A stretch of 64,000 nt of DNA from Armatimonadota bacterium (lineage in GTDB: Bacteria > Armatimonadota > Fimbriimonadia > Fimbriimonadales > GBS-DC): positions 45,759 to 109,758 of the forward strand of contig JBBIJY010000006.1 of assembly GCA_037445735.1 (NCBI GenBank). Direction: 5' to 3'. A program made the position numbers and the translations under genes. The notes beneath the pieces were generated by a model, which saw only the letters and a list, made by a program, of their open reading frames with translations, made no database searches and was not told the origin of the DNA. Below, piece by piece: positions 29,302-38,965 of this stretch (positions are counted from its first letter, which is position 1; each line of letters begins with the position of its first letter).

Positions 29302-31668
29302 TCAGCGTACGATCAGCACATGTCCGCTCGCGCTCATGTTCCAGCGAATCAGCACCGTTCTGCCCGCTCGCTCCACCTTCACAGGTGCAGGTCGCCCCAG
29401 CGGGTCGAGCAGCTGAACCTGCCCTTTGAGCGAGCCAAGGCTGATTCGCGCGAAGCCCGGCACGCCCTCCGCCCCGCGCATGAGATAGCTGAGCGAACGA
29501 ACGGTTTCATGCCGCAGCACCATCTGCGCGTTCGTGTGAAGCAGATTGGCTCGCTGGAGCCGTGTGTCCACGCGCAGGAGCAAGCGCGGCGTTCGCGGCT
29601 CCAGCACCACATCCGTCTGAATCGGCAGCATCGGATCCAGCACATCCAGATAGGTGCCGCGGAGCACAGTGAGCCGATAGGTGCCGAAGGCTGCCAGCCA
29701 GTCTCCCCGCTGGAGGGTGAACCGGGCACGCTCGCGATAGCGCACGCCTGCACGCCCGATAATATAGCGTACGAGCTGGCGCAACTGACTCTCGCCGTTG
29801 GGACTGTTAGCGAATGCCCCGCTCGAAACGCCCAACAGCACCACGCCGCCGCGCCCGACCATGTGTAAGACACCCACAGGCGAATCGTTGAGCTGATACA
29901 GGACCTCGGCGTTTTGCAGGGAGCAGGCAACGACGCGCTCATCGTGGCGCAGGGTCAGCATCGGCAAATCGGGGCGCTGGCGGGTCAGCACACGCTCCAG
30001 ATAAGGCGGCTGCAGGCTGAGTTCAATCCGCCACTCCTGCGCAATTTCCACTTGCAGGGTGAGGCGTGTGGCAGCAGGCAGGGGAAAGCGATACACGAAC
30101 CAAGCGGAGCCATCAGCTACGCGTTCACCATTTGCGTTCAGCAGGCTTTCCGAATGCGCATAGAGGAACAGCTGCTCCACACTGGTGCCCACCTGAAAAG
30201 CGGTCAGCACGCGCCCATCGGCTTCCAGGCGCACCTGCCGCACGCATGCGCCGAAGCCTGTGTCGGGCAGGCTGTCGCTGAAACGCACATAAACCGTTTG
30301 ACCCGCATAGGGGCTGAGGTCGATATCCACCCAGCGGCGGTTGAGCGTGCCCTGTTCAGGCTGCGTCCCATGCCGGGCGATCTCCTGCCATGCGGGGCTT
30401 TCCCCTGAATCGGGCATGGCAGCGAGGCTGACGTTCAGCCCCAGCCGCGCAAGCAGTGCCTGCAGTGTCGTCGGGCTGTCCACGCCCTGCGAATCGCGAG
30501 CGGGCATGCCCACCACAAACAGCCAGCCACCACTGCGCACCCAGTTCGCTATCGAGTCGAGGGCAGCCATGTTTTCGATGGGCACCGCTTCGGGCGTCCA
30601 GATCAGCAGGCGCAGGTTGCCCCAGTCGGGACGGCTCACCAGCCGCTGTGGTGTCCAGAACTGCACGGGCACACCTGCCCGCACCAGCGGCAGCGCGACA
30701 GCAAGCACCGCCGCCGTGTCCGCCGACTCCCAGCCCGACGCCAGTACGCCGATACCCTCCAGCCCCGCATCCAGGGTGCCCGCCTCACGCTCCGCCATCG
30801 CATCGACCGCCTGCGCTGCGCTCCACACCAGCGCCGCATAATCGGGCGGCGCGTCGAGTTGCTCCAGATCGATAATCGGGCGCACCGAGGGAACCATCAG
30901 CGTTGCGACCAGCGTGCTGAACAGCACCCGCTGATGGGTTCGCAGGTCGCGCTGCAGCAGTTCCAGCATCGGGTCTATTGTGAGTGGCACAGGCTCCGCT
31001 CGCCCGCTGAGCATGCCCGTTAGCAGCGCACAGCGCAGATAAACAATGCTAAACGGGTCGGCTCGGTACTCACCGCTGAGCGGCACGAGCCTGTTAACAA
31101 CAGATTCTGTGAGGATAGTGGCGGGCGCCTCAACTCGCGGCGGAGCGAGTTTCGGCTTGAGTGCGCTGGCAGGTGCACCCAGCAGGCGCTCGGTGCTGTC
31201 GCCGATGCCGTCGCCATCCTCATCACGCTGGGTTGCCCGAACCGTTATGCCGTACAGCACCACGCGCCCGCGCCGACCCGCCTCCACCCGCACCTGCAGG
31301 GTCTGGATGGCAGGCTGGTACGGCGTGCGAACAGTGAGCGTGTAGGTGCGTACGCCACCGCGAACCGGTTGAACTGCCAGCCCCCTATCGGCGGCACGCA
31401 GGCGCACCTGCCCGTTGCCCCCTGCTGTAATCTGTACCTGCACATCCATCCCGCTCAGCACACGGAAGCCGTAGGTCGCCACGCCGCGCCTGCCAATCAG
31501 CCGATGGTCGCCCTCCAGCCGACTGCGCGTGCTGCTCATCAAAACGCCCGACTCCGCGCCAGGGCGCACCTGCCAGCGCAACGCCTGCGTTGCAGGGGCA
31601 GTTTGCCCCCACACCCAACAGACATGGGAAAACAGCGCGAGGAACCACCACCAGCCCGACCGTCTCAT
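29302..31668 (-). CDS. Large exported hypothetical protein
   Basis: Signal peptide, DEDGDGIGD Ca-binding-like loop, 788-aa ORF. Confidence 0.78.
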   Translation of the reverse strand: MRRSGWWWFLALFSHVCWVWGQTAPATQALRWQVRPGAESGVLMSSTRSRLEGDHRLIGRRGVATYGFRVLSGMDVQVQITAGGNGQVRLRAADRGLAVQPVRGGVRTYTLTVRTPYQPAIQTLQVRVEAGRRGRVVLYGITVRATQRDEDGDGIGDSTERLLGAPASALKPKLAPPRVEAPATILTESVVNRLVPLSGEYRADPFSIVYLRCALLTGMLSGRAEPVPLTIDPMLELLQRDLRTHQRVLFSTLVATLMVPSVRPIIDLEQLDAPPDYAALVWSAAQAVDAMAEREAGTLDAGLEGIGVLASGWESADTAAVLAVALPLVRAGVPVQFWTPQRLVSRPDWGNLRLLIWTPEAVPIENMAALDSIANWVRSGGWLFVVGMPARDSQGVDSPTTLQALLARLGLNVSLAAMPDSGESPAWQEIARHGTQPEQGTLNRRWVDIDLSPYAGQTVYVRFSDSLPDTGFGACVRQVRLEADGRVLTAFQVGTSVEQLFLYAHSESLLNANGERVADGSAWFVYRFPLPAATRLTLQVEIAQEWRIELSLQPPYLERVLTRQRPDLPMLTLRHDERVVACSLQNAEVLYQLNDSPVGVLHMVGRGGVVLLGVSSGAFANSPNGESQLRQLVRYIIGRAGVRYRERARFTLQRGDWLAAFGTYRLTVLRGTYLDVLDPMLPIQTDVVLEPRTPRLLLRVDTRLQRANLLHTNAQMVLRHETVRSLSYLMRGAEGVPGFARISLGSLKGQVQLLDPLGRPAPVKVERAGRTVLIRWNMSASGHVLIVR

Positions 31669-31711
31669 CAGAGCATATTCTACCCTGTGTGCTGGGATGA
31701 GTCGCTTCAGC

Positions 31712-31857
31712 TATAAAACAAACCTGCTCTCCTGTGGCGAGAGCGCACGGGTGAGGGTTCTTCTCAACCCACAGGCGACCTTTTAGCGCAGAATGGGGCG
31801 TCCGCCCTTCACGGGGGACGCCCCACCGGGAACGGTCACCTTCCTTCGTTCATCGGA
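31712..31857 (-). ncRNA. Candidate structured small RNA or leader, family unknown
   Basis: TATAAT at 31868-31863; nested stems AGGTGACC/GGTCGCCT and GGGGCGTCC/GGACGCCCC; two further hairpins and a T-rich end. Confidence 0.4.
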
Positions 31858-31901
31858 TGTTCATTATACTTCATGCACCGCTCGAATCCTGCCGTTTTTT
31901 C

Positions 31902-32927
31902 TCAGAATCCCGACCAGTTCAGATAGGCGCGGATGAGGGAGGCAAGCGGTGCCCCGAAAAGCAGGGTCAGCTGCGCTCCCACTGTTAGAAAGGGACCAAA
32001 CGGCAGCATGCCAGGCATGGCGGGTAGCTCTTCTTCCTCTTCAGCAGGCTGACCCAGCGCGGTGTAAAGGCGTTGCTGCCAGCGGGCGGGCAACAGCATC
32101 AGTAGCACATCGAGCCAGAGCAGATAGATCAGGCACATCAGCAGGAGGCTGGGAATGGGTTCAGGCGGGAGGGATTCGCCCTCCACCTCGCCTGCCGCTT
32201 CCGACGGCTGACGGCGCGACTGCCACAGCGCCCACAAGCCGCCGATAATCGCGCCACCTGCCACCGCCAGCGCAAACGCGGTCAGCAACGCGGGCAACAG
32301 CAATAACGCGCCCATCGCCCGCACTAGCTTGATGTCGCCATGCCCCATCGCGTCGCGACGGAACACTACCCGCCCCAGAATCGCAATCAGGCAGAGAACC
32401 CCTGCGCCCACCTCCGCGCCCACAAGCGCATTTTGGAGATTCACCTCACCCCAGGATGCCCATGACCAGTCGGTGGGCTGATTCACAAGGAGCCATGCGT
32501 GCAGGAGACCCACTATGAGCAGGGCAAGGTTCAGCTCGTCGGGGATGATGGTGTGTTCGAGGTCAATAAAAAAGATGGCAATCAGAACGGCGCAGGCGAG
32601 CGCGTAGAGCAGGAAGCGCAGGGGCAGCTCGCCTGCCACCAGATGTTGCCACCAGAGCCAGCCCCACACGCTCGCGCTCCACAGCTCCACCAGAAAGTAG
32701 CGCACAGCGATGCGGGCACGACAGTAGCGGCACTTCCCACCCTGTATCAGATAGCTCAACAGCGGCACCAGATCGCGCACGCTGAGCCGATGCTGACATG
32801 CAGGGCAATGGGAAGGTGGAAAAACGATAGAAAGCCTTCGGGGCAGCCGATAGATCAGCACATTCAAAAAGCTGCCTATCGCTGCCCCGAAGGCAACGCC
32901 GAACACCACGCTCCATGCAGGTAGCAT
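31902..32927 (-). CDS. pilD: Prepilin peptidase
   Basis: GSFLNV..YRLP, CPAC/CRYC, IDLEH, MGHGDIKL, PFGPFL. Confidence 0.93.
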   Translation of the reverse strand: MLPAWSVVFGVAFGAAIGSFLNVLIYRLPRRLSIVFPPSHCPACQHRLSVRDLVPLLSYLIQGGKCRYCRARIAVRYFLVELWSASVWGWLWWQHLVAGELPLRFLLYALACAVLIAIFFIDLEHTIIPDELNLALLIVGLLHAWLLVNQPTDWSWASWGEVNLQNALVGAEVGAGVLCLIAILGRVVFRRDAMGHGDIKLVRAMGALLLLPALLTAFALAVAGGAIIGGLWALWQSRRQPSEAAGEVEGESLPPEPIPSLLLMCLIYLLWLDVLLMLLPARWQQRLYTALGQPAEEEEELPAMPGMLPFGPFLTVGAQLTLLFGAPLASLIRAYLNWSGF

Positions 32928-34147
32928 CAGCTCTGCGACTGGCTCAGATTCGAAATCACCTCGATCATCGGCAGGAACATCGAAATCACGATGAAGCCGA
33001 CGATAAAGCCGAGGATTACAATCATCACTGGCTCAATCGCAGCGGTCAGGCTCGCAATCGCGGTCTCCACCTCGTTCTCGTAGAAGTCGGCGATCTTGTT
33101 GAGCATATGATCCAGCGAGCCGGATTCCTCGCCAACGCTGACCATATGCACCACCATTGGTGGGAACATTTTGCTTTTCTGGAGCGGGTCAGCAATCTTC
33201 TCGCCTTCGCGGATGCGGGCGCGCGATTCCAGCACGGCGTCGGCAACAACCGAATTGCCCACAACGCCTGCCACCGTCTCCATCGCCTGCAGGATTGGCA
33301 CGCCCGAAGCGAGCAGGGTGCCCATCGTGCGGCTGAAGCGCGCCATCACAATCTTGTGGTGCAGTTTGCCGAACACAGGCAGGCGCAGTTTCACCCTGTC
33401 GGCGACCCGCCGCCCGACCCGCGTGCTGACAAACAGCCTGTAGGCGATGATAATCACCACCAGCGAAATAATGATGATGTACCACTTCTGGGTCAGGAAC
33501 GCGCTCAGGTCCACCAGGAACTGGGTAGGGACAGGGAGCTGTTTGATACCGAGGTCCCTGAACAGGCTGGCAAACTGTGGCACCAACCATGATACCAGAA
33601 AGATCACGATACCGGTCGCTGCCAGCAGCACGATGACCGGGTAGGTGAGCGCGGATCGAATCTTGCGGCGCAGCTCCACATCCTTCTCCAGGAAGTGGGC
33701 GATTCGCTGCAGCGATTCCTCCAGCACGCCGCCGACCTCCCCTGCACGGATCAGACCGATAATGAGCTGGCTGAACGCTTTGGGGTGGCGCGACATCGCG
33801 CGGGAGAGGCTCTCGCCCGATTCGACGCGCGTGGAGAGATCCATCAGGATTCGGCGCAGACGCGCGTTGCTGGTCTGCTGTTGCAGCACATCAAGGCAGC
33901 GCACGAGCGACACGCCCGCATCGAGCATGGTGGAGAACTGGCGGGCGAAGATGGCGAGGTCGCTCAGGCGCACGCGCCCGTAGCCGCCCGCCGGCACACG
34001 CGGCGCCGCCCGATCCATCGAGATTTCGATCACCTGAAAGCCTTCTTCCTGCAGCCGCTTGCGCAGCACCTCCGCGTTCTCGGCTTCCGCTTTGCCCGAA
34101 CGGGTCGCGCCCGATTGATCCCGAATCGTGTAGTTAAAGAACGGCAT
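32927..34147 (-). CDS. pilC: Type IV pilus platform protein (GspF family)
   Basis: RQFSTMLDAGV, AGEVGG, SALTYP, VGEESG, IEP. Confidence 0.94.
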   Translation of the reverse strand: MPFFNYTIRDQSGATRSGKAEAENAEVLRKRLQEEGFQVIEISMDRAAPRVPAGGYGRVRLSDLAIFARQFSTMLDAGVSLVRCLDVLQQQTSNARLRRILMDLSTRVESGESLSRAMSRHPKAFSQLIIGLIRAGEVGGVLEESLQRIAHFLEKDVELRRKIRSALTYPVIVLLAATGIVIFLVSWLVPQFASLFRDLGIKQLPVPTQFLVDLSAFLTQKWYIIIISLVVIIIAYRLFVSTRVGRRVADRVKLRLPVFGKLHHKIVMARFSRTMGTLLASGVPILQAMETVAGVVGNSVVADAVLESRARIREGEKIADPLQKSKMFPPMVVHMVSVGEESGSLDHMLNKIADFYENEVETAIASLTAAIEPVMIVILGFIVGFIVISMFLPMIEVISNLSQSQS

Positions 34148-34162
34148 CTTGCTCGCCTCCTC

Positions 34163-35362
34163 TTAGCGCCCGCGACCTGGCGCAGGCGGTGTGCCCGCCA
34201 CTCCGCCAGTGGGCGCAATCATCTTGCGCAGCTCGTCTGGATTAATCGCGCGTGCCATCGCCTCCTCGTAGGTGATCCAGCCCTTGAGATAGAGATCACG
34301 CAGCGACTGATCCATCGTCTGCATGCCCAGCTGACCGCTGGTCTGAATCATGGTGTGAATCTGGTGGGTCTTGTTCTCGCGGATCAGGTTGCGAATGGCG
34401 GGTGTGGCAATCATCACCTCCACGGCGGGCACGCGACCGGGTTGACCCGCGCGCGGCAGCAGCTGCTGGCTGATAATCGCCTGCAGGTTGTTCGCCAGCT
34501 GAATGCGAATCTGCTCCTGCTGACCGGGCGGGAACACATCCACGATACGGTCCACCGATTCGGCGGCGTTGTTCGTGTGCAGGGTCGCCAGCACGAGGTG
34601 TCCTGTCTCGGCGGCGGTGATGGCGAGCTGGATGGTCTCCAGATCGCGCATCTCGCCCACCAGAATCACATCGGGGTCCTCGCGCAGTGCCGAGCGGAGC
34701 GCCGCCGCAAAGCTTTTGGTGTCCTGACCCAGCTCGCGCTGATTGATGATGCTGAACTTGTGCTGGTGCAGGTACTCGATGGGGTCCTCAATCGTGATGA
34801 TATGCACGCTGCGCTCGCTGTTGATCTGGTTGATCATCGCGGCTAAGGTGGTCGATTTGCCAGAGCCGGTGGGACCTGTTACCAGGATCAGCCCGCGCGG
34901 TCGGCGTGTGAGTTCTTCCAGCACGGGCGGCAGGTTCAGCTCGCGGATGGTGGGCACCCGCGCCGGGATGAGACGGAACGCGGCAGCCACCGCGCCCTTA
35001 TCTTTGTACACATTCACGCGGAATCGGGCAACCCTGTGCAGGCTGTAGGAGAAGTCCAGCTCATAGGTGGTTTCGAAGCGCTGAATCTGCTCATCGGTCA
35101 GGATGTCGTAGATGAGGCGCTGGGTCTCGCTGGGACTGGCTTTTTCGAAGTTGAGGCGCAGTAACTGCCCGTCCACGCGGATAATCGGCTCGACATAGGG
35201 GCACAGGTGCAGATCCGAGGCGCCCTTCTCGACCACGATATAGAGCAGTTCGTCGATGTGGATATCTTCGAGCGAGCGTGCCTGTCCCATGACGGGCGTC
35301 TGCACGGTGCCCACGCCGCCGCCCGCCTGTGTATCTTCTGTCGGATTGTTCCGCATATACAT
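34163..35362 (-). CDS. pilT: Type IV pilus retraction ATPase
   Basis: GPTGSGKSTT, TIEDPIEY, LREDPD, AIRNLIRE, GMQTMD. Confidence 0.95.
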   Translation of the reverse strand: MYMRNNPTEDTQAGGGVGTVQTPVMGQARSLEDIHIDELLYIVVEKGASDLHLCPYVEPIIRVDGQLLRLNFEKASPSETQRLIYDILTDEQIQRFETTYELDFSYSLHRVARFRVNVYKDKGAVAAAFRLIPARVPTIRELNLPPVLEELTRRPRGLILVTGPTGSGKSTTLAAMINQINSERSVHIITIEDPIEYLHQHKFSIINQRELGQDTKSFAAALRSALREDPDVILVGEMRDLETIQLAITAAETGHLVLATLHTNNAAESVDRIVDVFPPGQQEQIRIQLANNLQAIISQQLLPRAGQPGRVPAVEVMIATPAIRNLIRENKTHQIHTMIQTSGQLGMQTMDQSLRDLYLKGWITYEEAMARAINPDELRKMIAPTGGVAGTPPAPGRGR

Positions 35363-35424
35363 TCGTTTGCGACCTCCTTGCAACTGGTTTATTGGTCAGG
35401 TTGACCCTTACGGGTGGTTCCCGT

Positions 35425-37194
35425 TTAGTAGTAGCCGGCGGTGAACACCACACGGCGCACTTCGTCAGGGGTCGTGACGCCTTCCAGCACCTTGATGAGT
35501 CCGTCCTCGCGCAGCTCCTTCATGCCGTTCGCTTTGGCGGCTTCTTTGATGTCGGAGAGCGGCGCGCGACGCACAATCAGTTCGGCAATCTCGGCGTTGA
35601 CCACCATCAATTCGAAGATCCCGATTCGCCCCCTGTAGCCGCGATAGCGGCACTCTTCACAGCCTGTGCCCTCCCAGATGGTGACGACCTGGTCGGGGTC
35701 TTCCACCTGGAATCCGAAGGCACGCAGGTCGGCGGCGCGAATCTCGCGTGGCTGCTTGCACTTCTGGCACACGCGCCGTGCCAGTCGCTGCGCCAGCACG
35801 CCCGTGACGGTTGCCGAGATGAGGTACGGCTCCACGCCCATATCGATCATGCGGATAACCGCCGAGGGCGCGTCGTTGGTGTGCAGGGTGGACAGCACCA
35901 GGTGTCCCGTGAGCGCAGCTTCAATCGCGATCTCGGCGGTCTCCAGGTCGCGCATCTCACCCACCATGATGATGTCGGGGTCCTGGCGCAGGAAGGCGCG
36001 CAGCGCGTTCGCAAAGGTCAGACCCGCCTTGCGGTTCACCTGCACCTGGCTGATGCCCGGCAGCTGATATTCAATCGGGTCCTCAATGGTGAGGATATTC
36101 TTCTCGACTGAGTTCAGCTTGTGCAGAATCGAATACTGCGTGGTGGTCTTGCCGGAGCCAGTGGGTCCTGTTGACAGCACCATGCCCTGCGGCTGGATGA
36201 CCAGCTCTTCGAGGCGTGCCTGCGTTTCGGGTGTGAAGCCGAGCTTGTTGAGACCGATCAGCACGCTGGTCTTGTCCAGAATACGCATCACGATCTTTTC
36301 ACCCAGTGGGGTGGGGATGGACGAGACGCGCAGGTCGTAGTCTTTGTTCTGGTAGCGGATGGGGATGCGTCCATCCTGTGGCAGGCGCTTCTCGGCGATG
36401 TTCATCTCCGCCATGATTTTGTAGCGGGAGATGAGCGGCGCCTGAATATACTTGGGCAGGGTCAACACCTCGTGCAGCACGCCGTCGATTCGGTAGCGGA
36501 TGCGCACATTGCGCAGCTGCGGTTCGACATGGATATCGCTGGCGCGTTCATCGATGGCACGCTGAATGATGATATTGGCGGCGCGCACGATGGGTCCCTC
36601 TTCGGCTTCGCGCAGCACGGCTTTCTCGTCTTCTTCGAGGTCGCCCCGTGCGCTGTAGGCAGCGACTTCCGACATCACGGAGGCTTTCAGGTCCGCGGGT
36701 CGCGCGGGCGTGCCGCCTCCACCCTCGCCCGCCGTCGTGCTGCCGTCGCCCGCGATGGCAGAGCCGCCATAGGCGCGACGAATCGCGTCCTCAATCGCGC
36801 CCGGCGCCGCCAGCACCGGACGCACCATGCAACGCGAGTTGACCCGCACATCATCGATCGCCATCACATTGTTCGGGTCCGCCATCGCCAGATAGAGAAT
36901 GTTGCCTTCTTTTTTAACGGGCATCACATTATATCGCTTGGCTATATGCTCTTTGACCACATTGACGGCGGAGGGGTCAGGCGTGGTGCGATCGAGGTCA
37001 ACGAACGGCATGCCCATCTCGTAGGCTTTCGCCTCGTAGGCATCGCGCTCGCTGACCACCGCCTGGTCCACCAGAATCTGTGCCAGGTCCTTCCCTGTGG
37101 TCTGCTGCACCCGCAGCGCGTCCTCCAGTTGCTCACGGGTGATGAGACCCTTCTCAATCAGGTACTCACCCATGCTCTTGCGTGTCATTGCCAT
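35425..37194 (-). CDS. pilB: Type IV pilus assembly ATPase (PilB/GspE)
   Basis: MshEN-like N-terminus, ASDIH, RLPQDG, GPTGSGKTT, LRQDPD, tetra-Cys motif. Confidence 0.93.
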   Translation of the reverse strand: MAMTRKSMGEYLIEKGLITREQLEDALRVQQTTGKDLAQILVDQAVVSERDAYEAKAYEMGMPFVDLDRTTPDPSAVNVVKEHIAKRYNVMPVKKEGNILYLAMADPNNVMAIDDVRVNSRCMVRPVLAAPGAIEDAIRRAYGGSAIAGDGSTTAGEGGGGTPARPADLKASVMSEVAAYSARGDLEEDEKAVLREAEEGPIVRAANIIIQRAIDERASDIHVEPQLRNVRIRYRIDGVLHEVLTLPKYIQAPLISRYKIMAEMNIAEKRLPQDGRIPIRYQNKDYDLRVSSIPTPLGEKIVMRILDKTSVLIGLNKLGFTPETQARLEELVIQPQGMVLSTGPTGSGKTTTQYSILHKLNSVEKNILTIEDPIEYQLPGISQVQVNRKAGLTFANALRAFLRQDPDIIMVGEMRDLETAEIAIEAALTGHLVLSTLHTNDAPSAVIRMIDMGVEPYLISATVTGVLAQRLARRVCQKCKQPREIRAADLRAFGFQVEDPDQVVTIWEGTGCEECRYRGYRGRIGIFELMVVNAEIAELIVRRAPLSDIKEAAKANGMKELREDGLIKVLEGVTTPDEVRRVVFTAGYY

Positions 37195-37231
37195 CGTTCT
37201 TCACTCCCTGTTGAGCGTCGGTCCGCCGTAT

Positions 37232-37272
37232 AGATTATAGCATGTTTCGACGGCGCGCGTATGGTATAATCT
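37232..37272. promoter_or_regulatory. Back-to-back divergent -10 promoters forming a 12-bp inverted repeat
   Basis: AGATTATAGCAT-N17-ATGGTATAATCT; TATAAT on both strands. Confidence 0.65.
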
Positions 37273-37314
37273 CTTTCGCGGGGCAGGGAGCGTTTCCTGC
37301 CACTTTTTCTGGAG

Positions 37315-38130
37315 GTGTTCCGAATAATGCGAATCGGATGGACGATTGTGATAGCATGGATGGCGCTGCTGATGGGGCTGGCTCAAAACGGGTCGGCGCC
37401 ACGCGGCGGCACCAAAGGCAGCGCCCAGAAGGACGACGGGCGCATCCCGATTGCACAGGCGGCGCAGGAGCTGTCCAGCAAATTCTCGGTGAAAATCGTG
37501 GTGGATCCACTGATGACGGCGCGCGTGCAGCCGCCGCAGGCAAAAGAGCTGGAGAGCGCGCTGAACGAGCTGGTGGGGCAGGTGTCGGGAGCCGTCTGGC
37601 GCAAAGTGTACACAAACAGGGTGCTGGGGCAGGAGCCTGAACCGGAAAAGGTGGTTGCCGCCGTGCGCGCCCTGCTCGCCATCGAACTGGGCGGCGTGCT
37701 GGTGCTCGACCCACGCACGGGCACGCTCCACTCCTTCGTGGCGAACTACCCGATTGCTCCCAACTTTGAACAGAGCCTGGAGCAGATGCAGCCGCCGTTC
37801 AGCTCCACCCCCATCTATGTGATCCTGGAGCCGCGCCCGCGCGTGCTTGCCGACCTCAAGGGCACGCGCATGGAACAGTTCACTAAAGTCCAGCAGCAGC
37901 TGCTGGAGCTGCTGGCACGCATGACACCCGAAGAGCGAGCACAGGCGCTTCGCGCAGGCTTCCAGATGTGGCTCAACGCCGATCCTGAGCTGCGCTACCA
38001 GATGATGTTCGAAGGCTTGCGCATGTCGTTCGAATACTGGCAGTCGCTCACGCCCGAACAGCAACAGCAGATGATGGAGGAGGGGCGCAAATGGTTCGAG
38101 CAATACTTCGGCGGGGGTGGCAATCCGTAA
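37315..38130 (+). CDS. Exported hypothetical protein
   Basis: Signal peptide; helical, Gln/Met-rich C-terminus; GGAGG SD favours ATG 37327. Confidence 0.78.
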   Translation: MFRIMRIGWTIVIAWMALLMGLAQNGSAPRGGTKGSAQKDDGRIPIAQAAQELSSKFSVKIVVDPLMTARVQPPQAKELESALNELVGQVSGAVWRKVYTNRVLGQEPEPEKVVAAVRALLAIELGGVLVLDPRTGTLHSFVANYPIAPNFEQSLEQMQPPFSSTPIYVILEPRPRVLADLKGTRMEQFTKVQQQLLELLARMTPEERAQALRAGFQMWLNADPELRYQMMFEGLRMSFEYWQSLTPEQQQQMMEEGRKWFEQYFGGGGNP

Positions 38131-38167
38131 GCAGGAATGTGCCCGAATCCCACCGAATCGCGAGCAT

Positions 38168-38950
38168 ATGCGCACGATAACGCTGGTCGGTGTGCTGGCG
38201 ATGGCGCTCGTCAGCCCACCCCTCTGGGGACAGGAAAAGATGGAACCGATAAAGAGTTCCTCCGTGAAACGGCTGCTCGTCGTTACACACACGGCAGGCT
38301 TCCGCCACACCGATTCGATTGAGGTGGGCGAGAAGATTCTCGCCGAGCTTGCCCACCAGAGCGGCAGGTTCACCGTCGACTACTGCCGAACCGCCGATGA
38401 GGTGCAGAAGATGCTCACGCCCGAATACCTCAACGAGAACCGCTACGACGGCGTGATCTTCCTCAACACCACAGGCGACATCGGAATCCCCGACCTGAAA
38501 GCCTTTCTGGAGTGGCTCAAGGGGGGCAAAGCCTTCATCGGCATCCACGCCGCCACCGACACCTATCACAATCGCCCGGAATATATCGACATGATCGGCG
38601 GCGAGTTCGCCTATCACGGTCGGCAGACCAGAGTGCAGGCGCGCGTGGAAGATCGCAAGCACCCCGCCGTCGCCCATCTGGGCGAGAGCTGGGAAATCTT
38701 CGATGAGATTTATCTGTTCAAGGAGAACACGCGCGACCGCGTGAAGGTGCTGCTGTCGATGGATCGCCATCCCGATGATGGCACGCCGAACGCGGGTAAG
38801 CCGGGCGACTATCTGCTCGCGTGGTGTCGGGATTACGGCAGGGGGCGCGTGTTCTACACCGCGCTGGGGCATCGAGTCGATGTGTGGCTCAACCCCGATT
38901 ATCAGAAGCACCTGATGGGCGGCATCGAGTGGGCGTTGCGCCTGAAATAG
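38168..38950 (+). CDS. ThuA-like domain protein, exported
   Basis: AGFRH, FLNTTG, GIHAATDT, DEIY, GRVFYTALGH. Confidence 0.88.
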   Translation: MRTITLVGVLAMALVSPPLWGQEKMEPIKSSSVKRLLVVTHTAGFRHTDSIEVGEKILAELAHQSGRFTVDYCRTADEVQKMLTPEYLNENRYDGVIFLNTTGDIGIPDLKAFLEWLKGGKAFIGIHAATDTYHNRPEYIDMIGGEFAYHGRQTRVQARVEDRKHPAVAHLGESWEIFDEIYLFKENTRDRVKVLLSMDRHPDDGTPNAGKPGDYLLAWCRDYGRGRVFYTALGHRVDVWLNPDYQKHLMGGIEWALRLK

Positions 38951-38965
38951 ACAGTTGAGACGGCG

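Noticed and set aside
31809-31826. Selenocysteine read-through of the micro-ORF TGA
   Set aside because: The read-through product is not protein-like and no SECIS could be supported.
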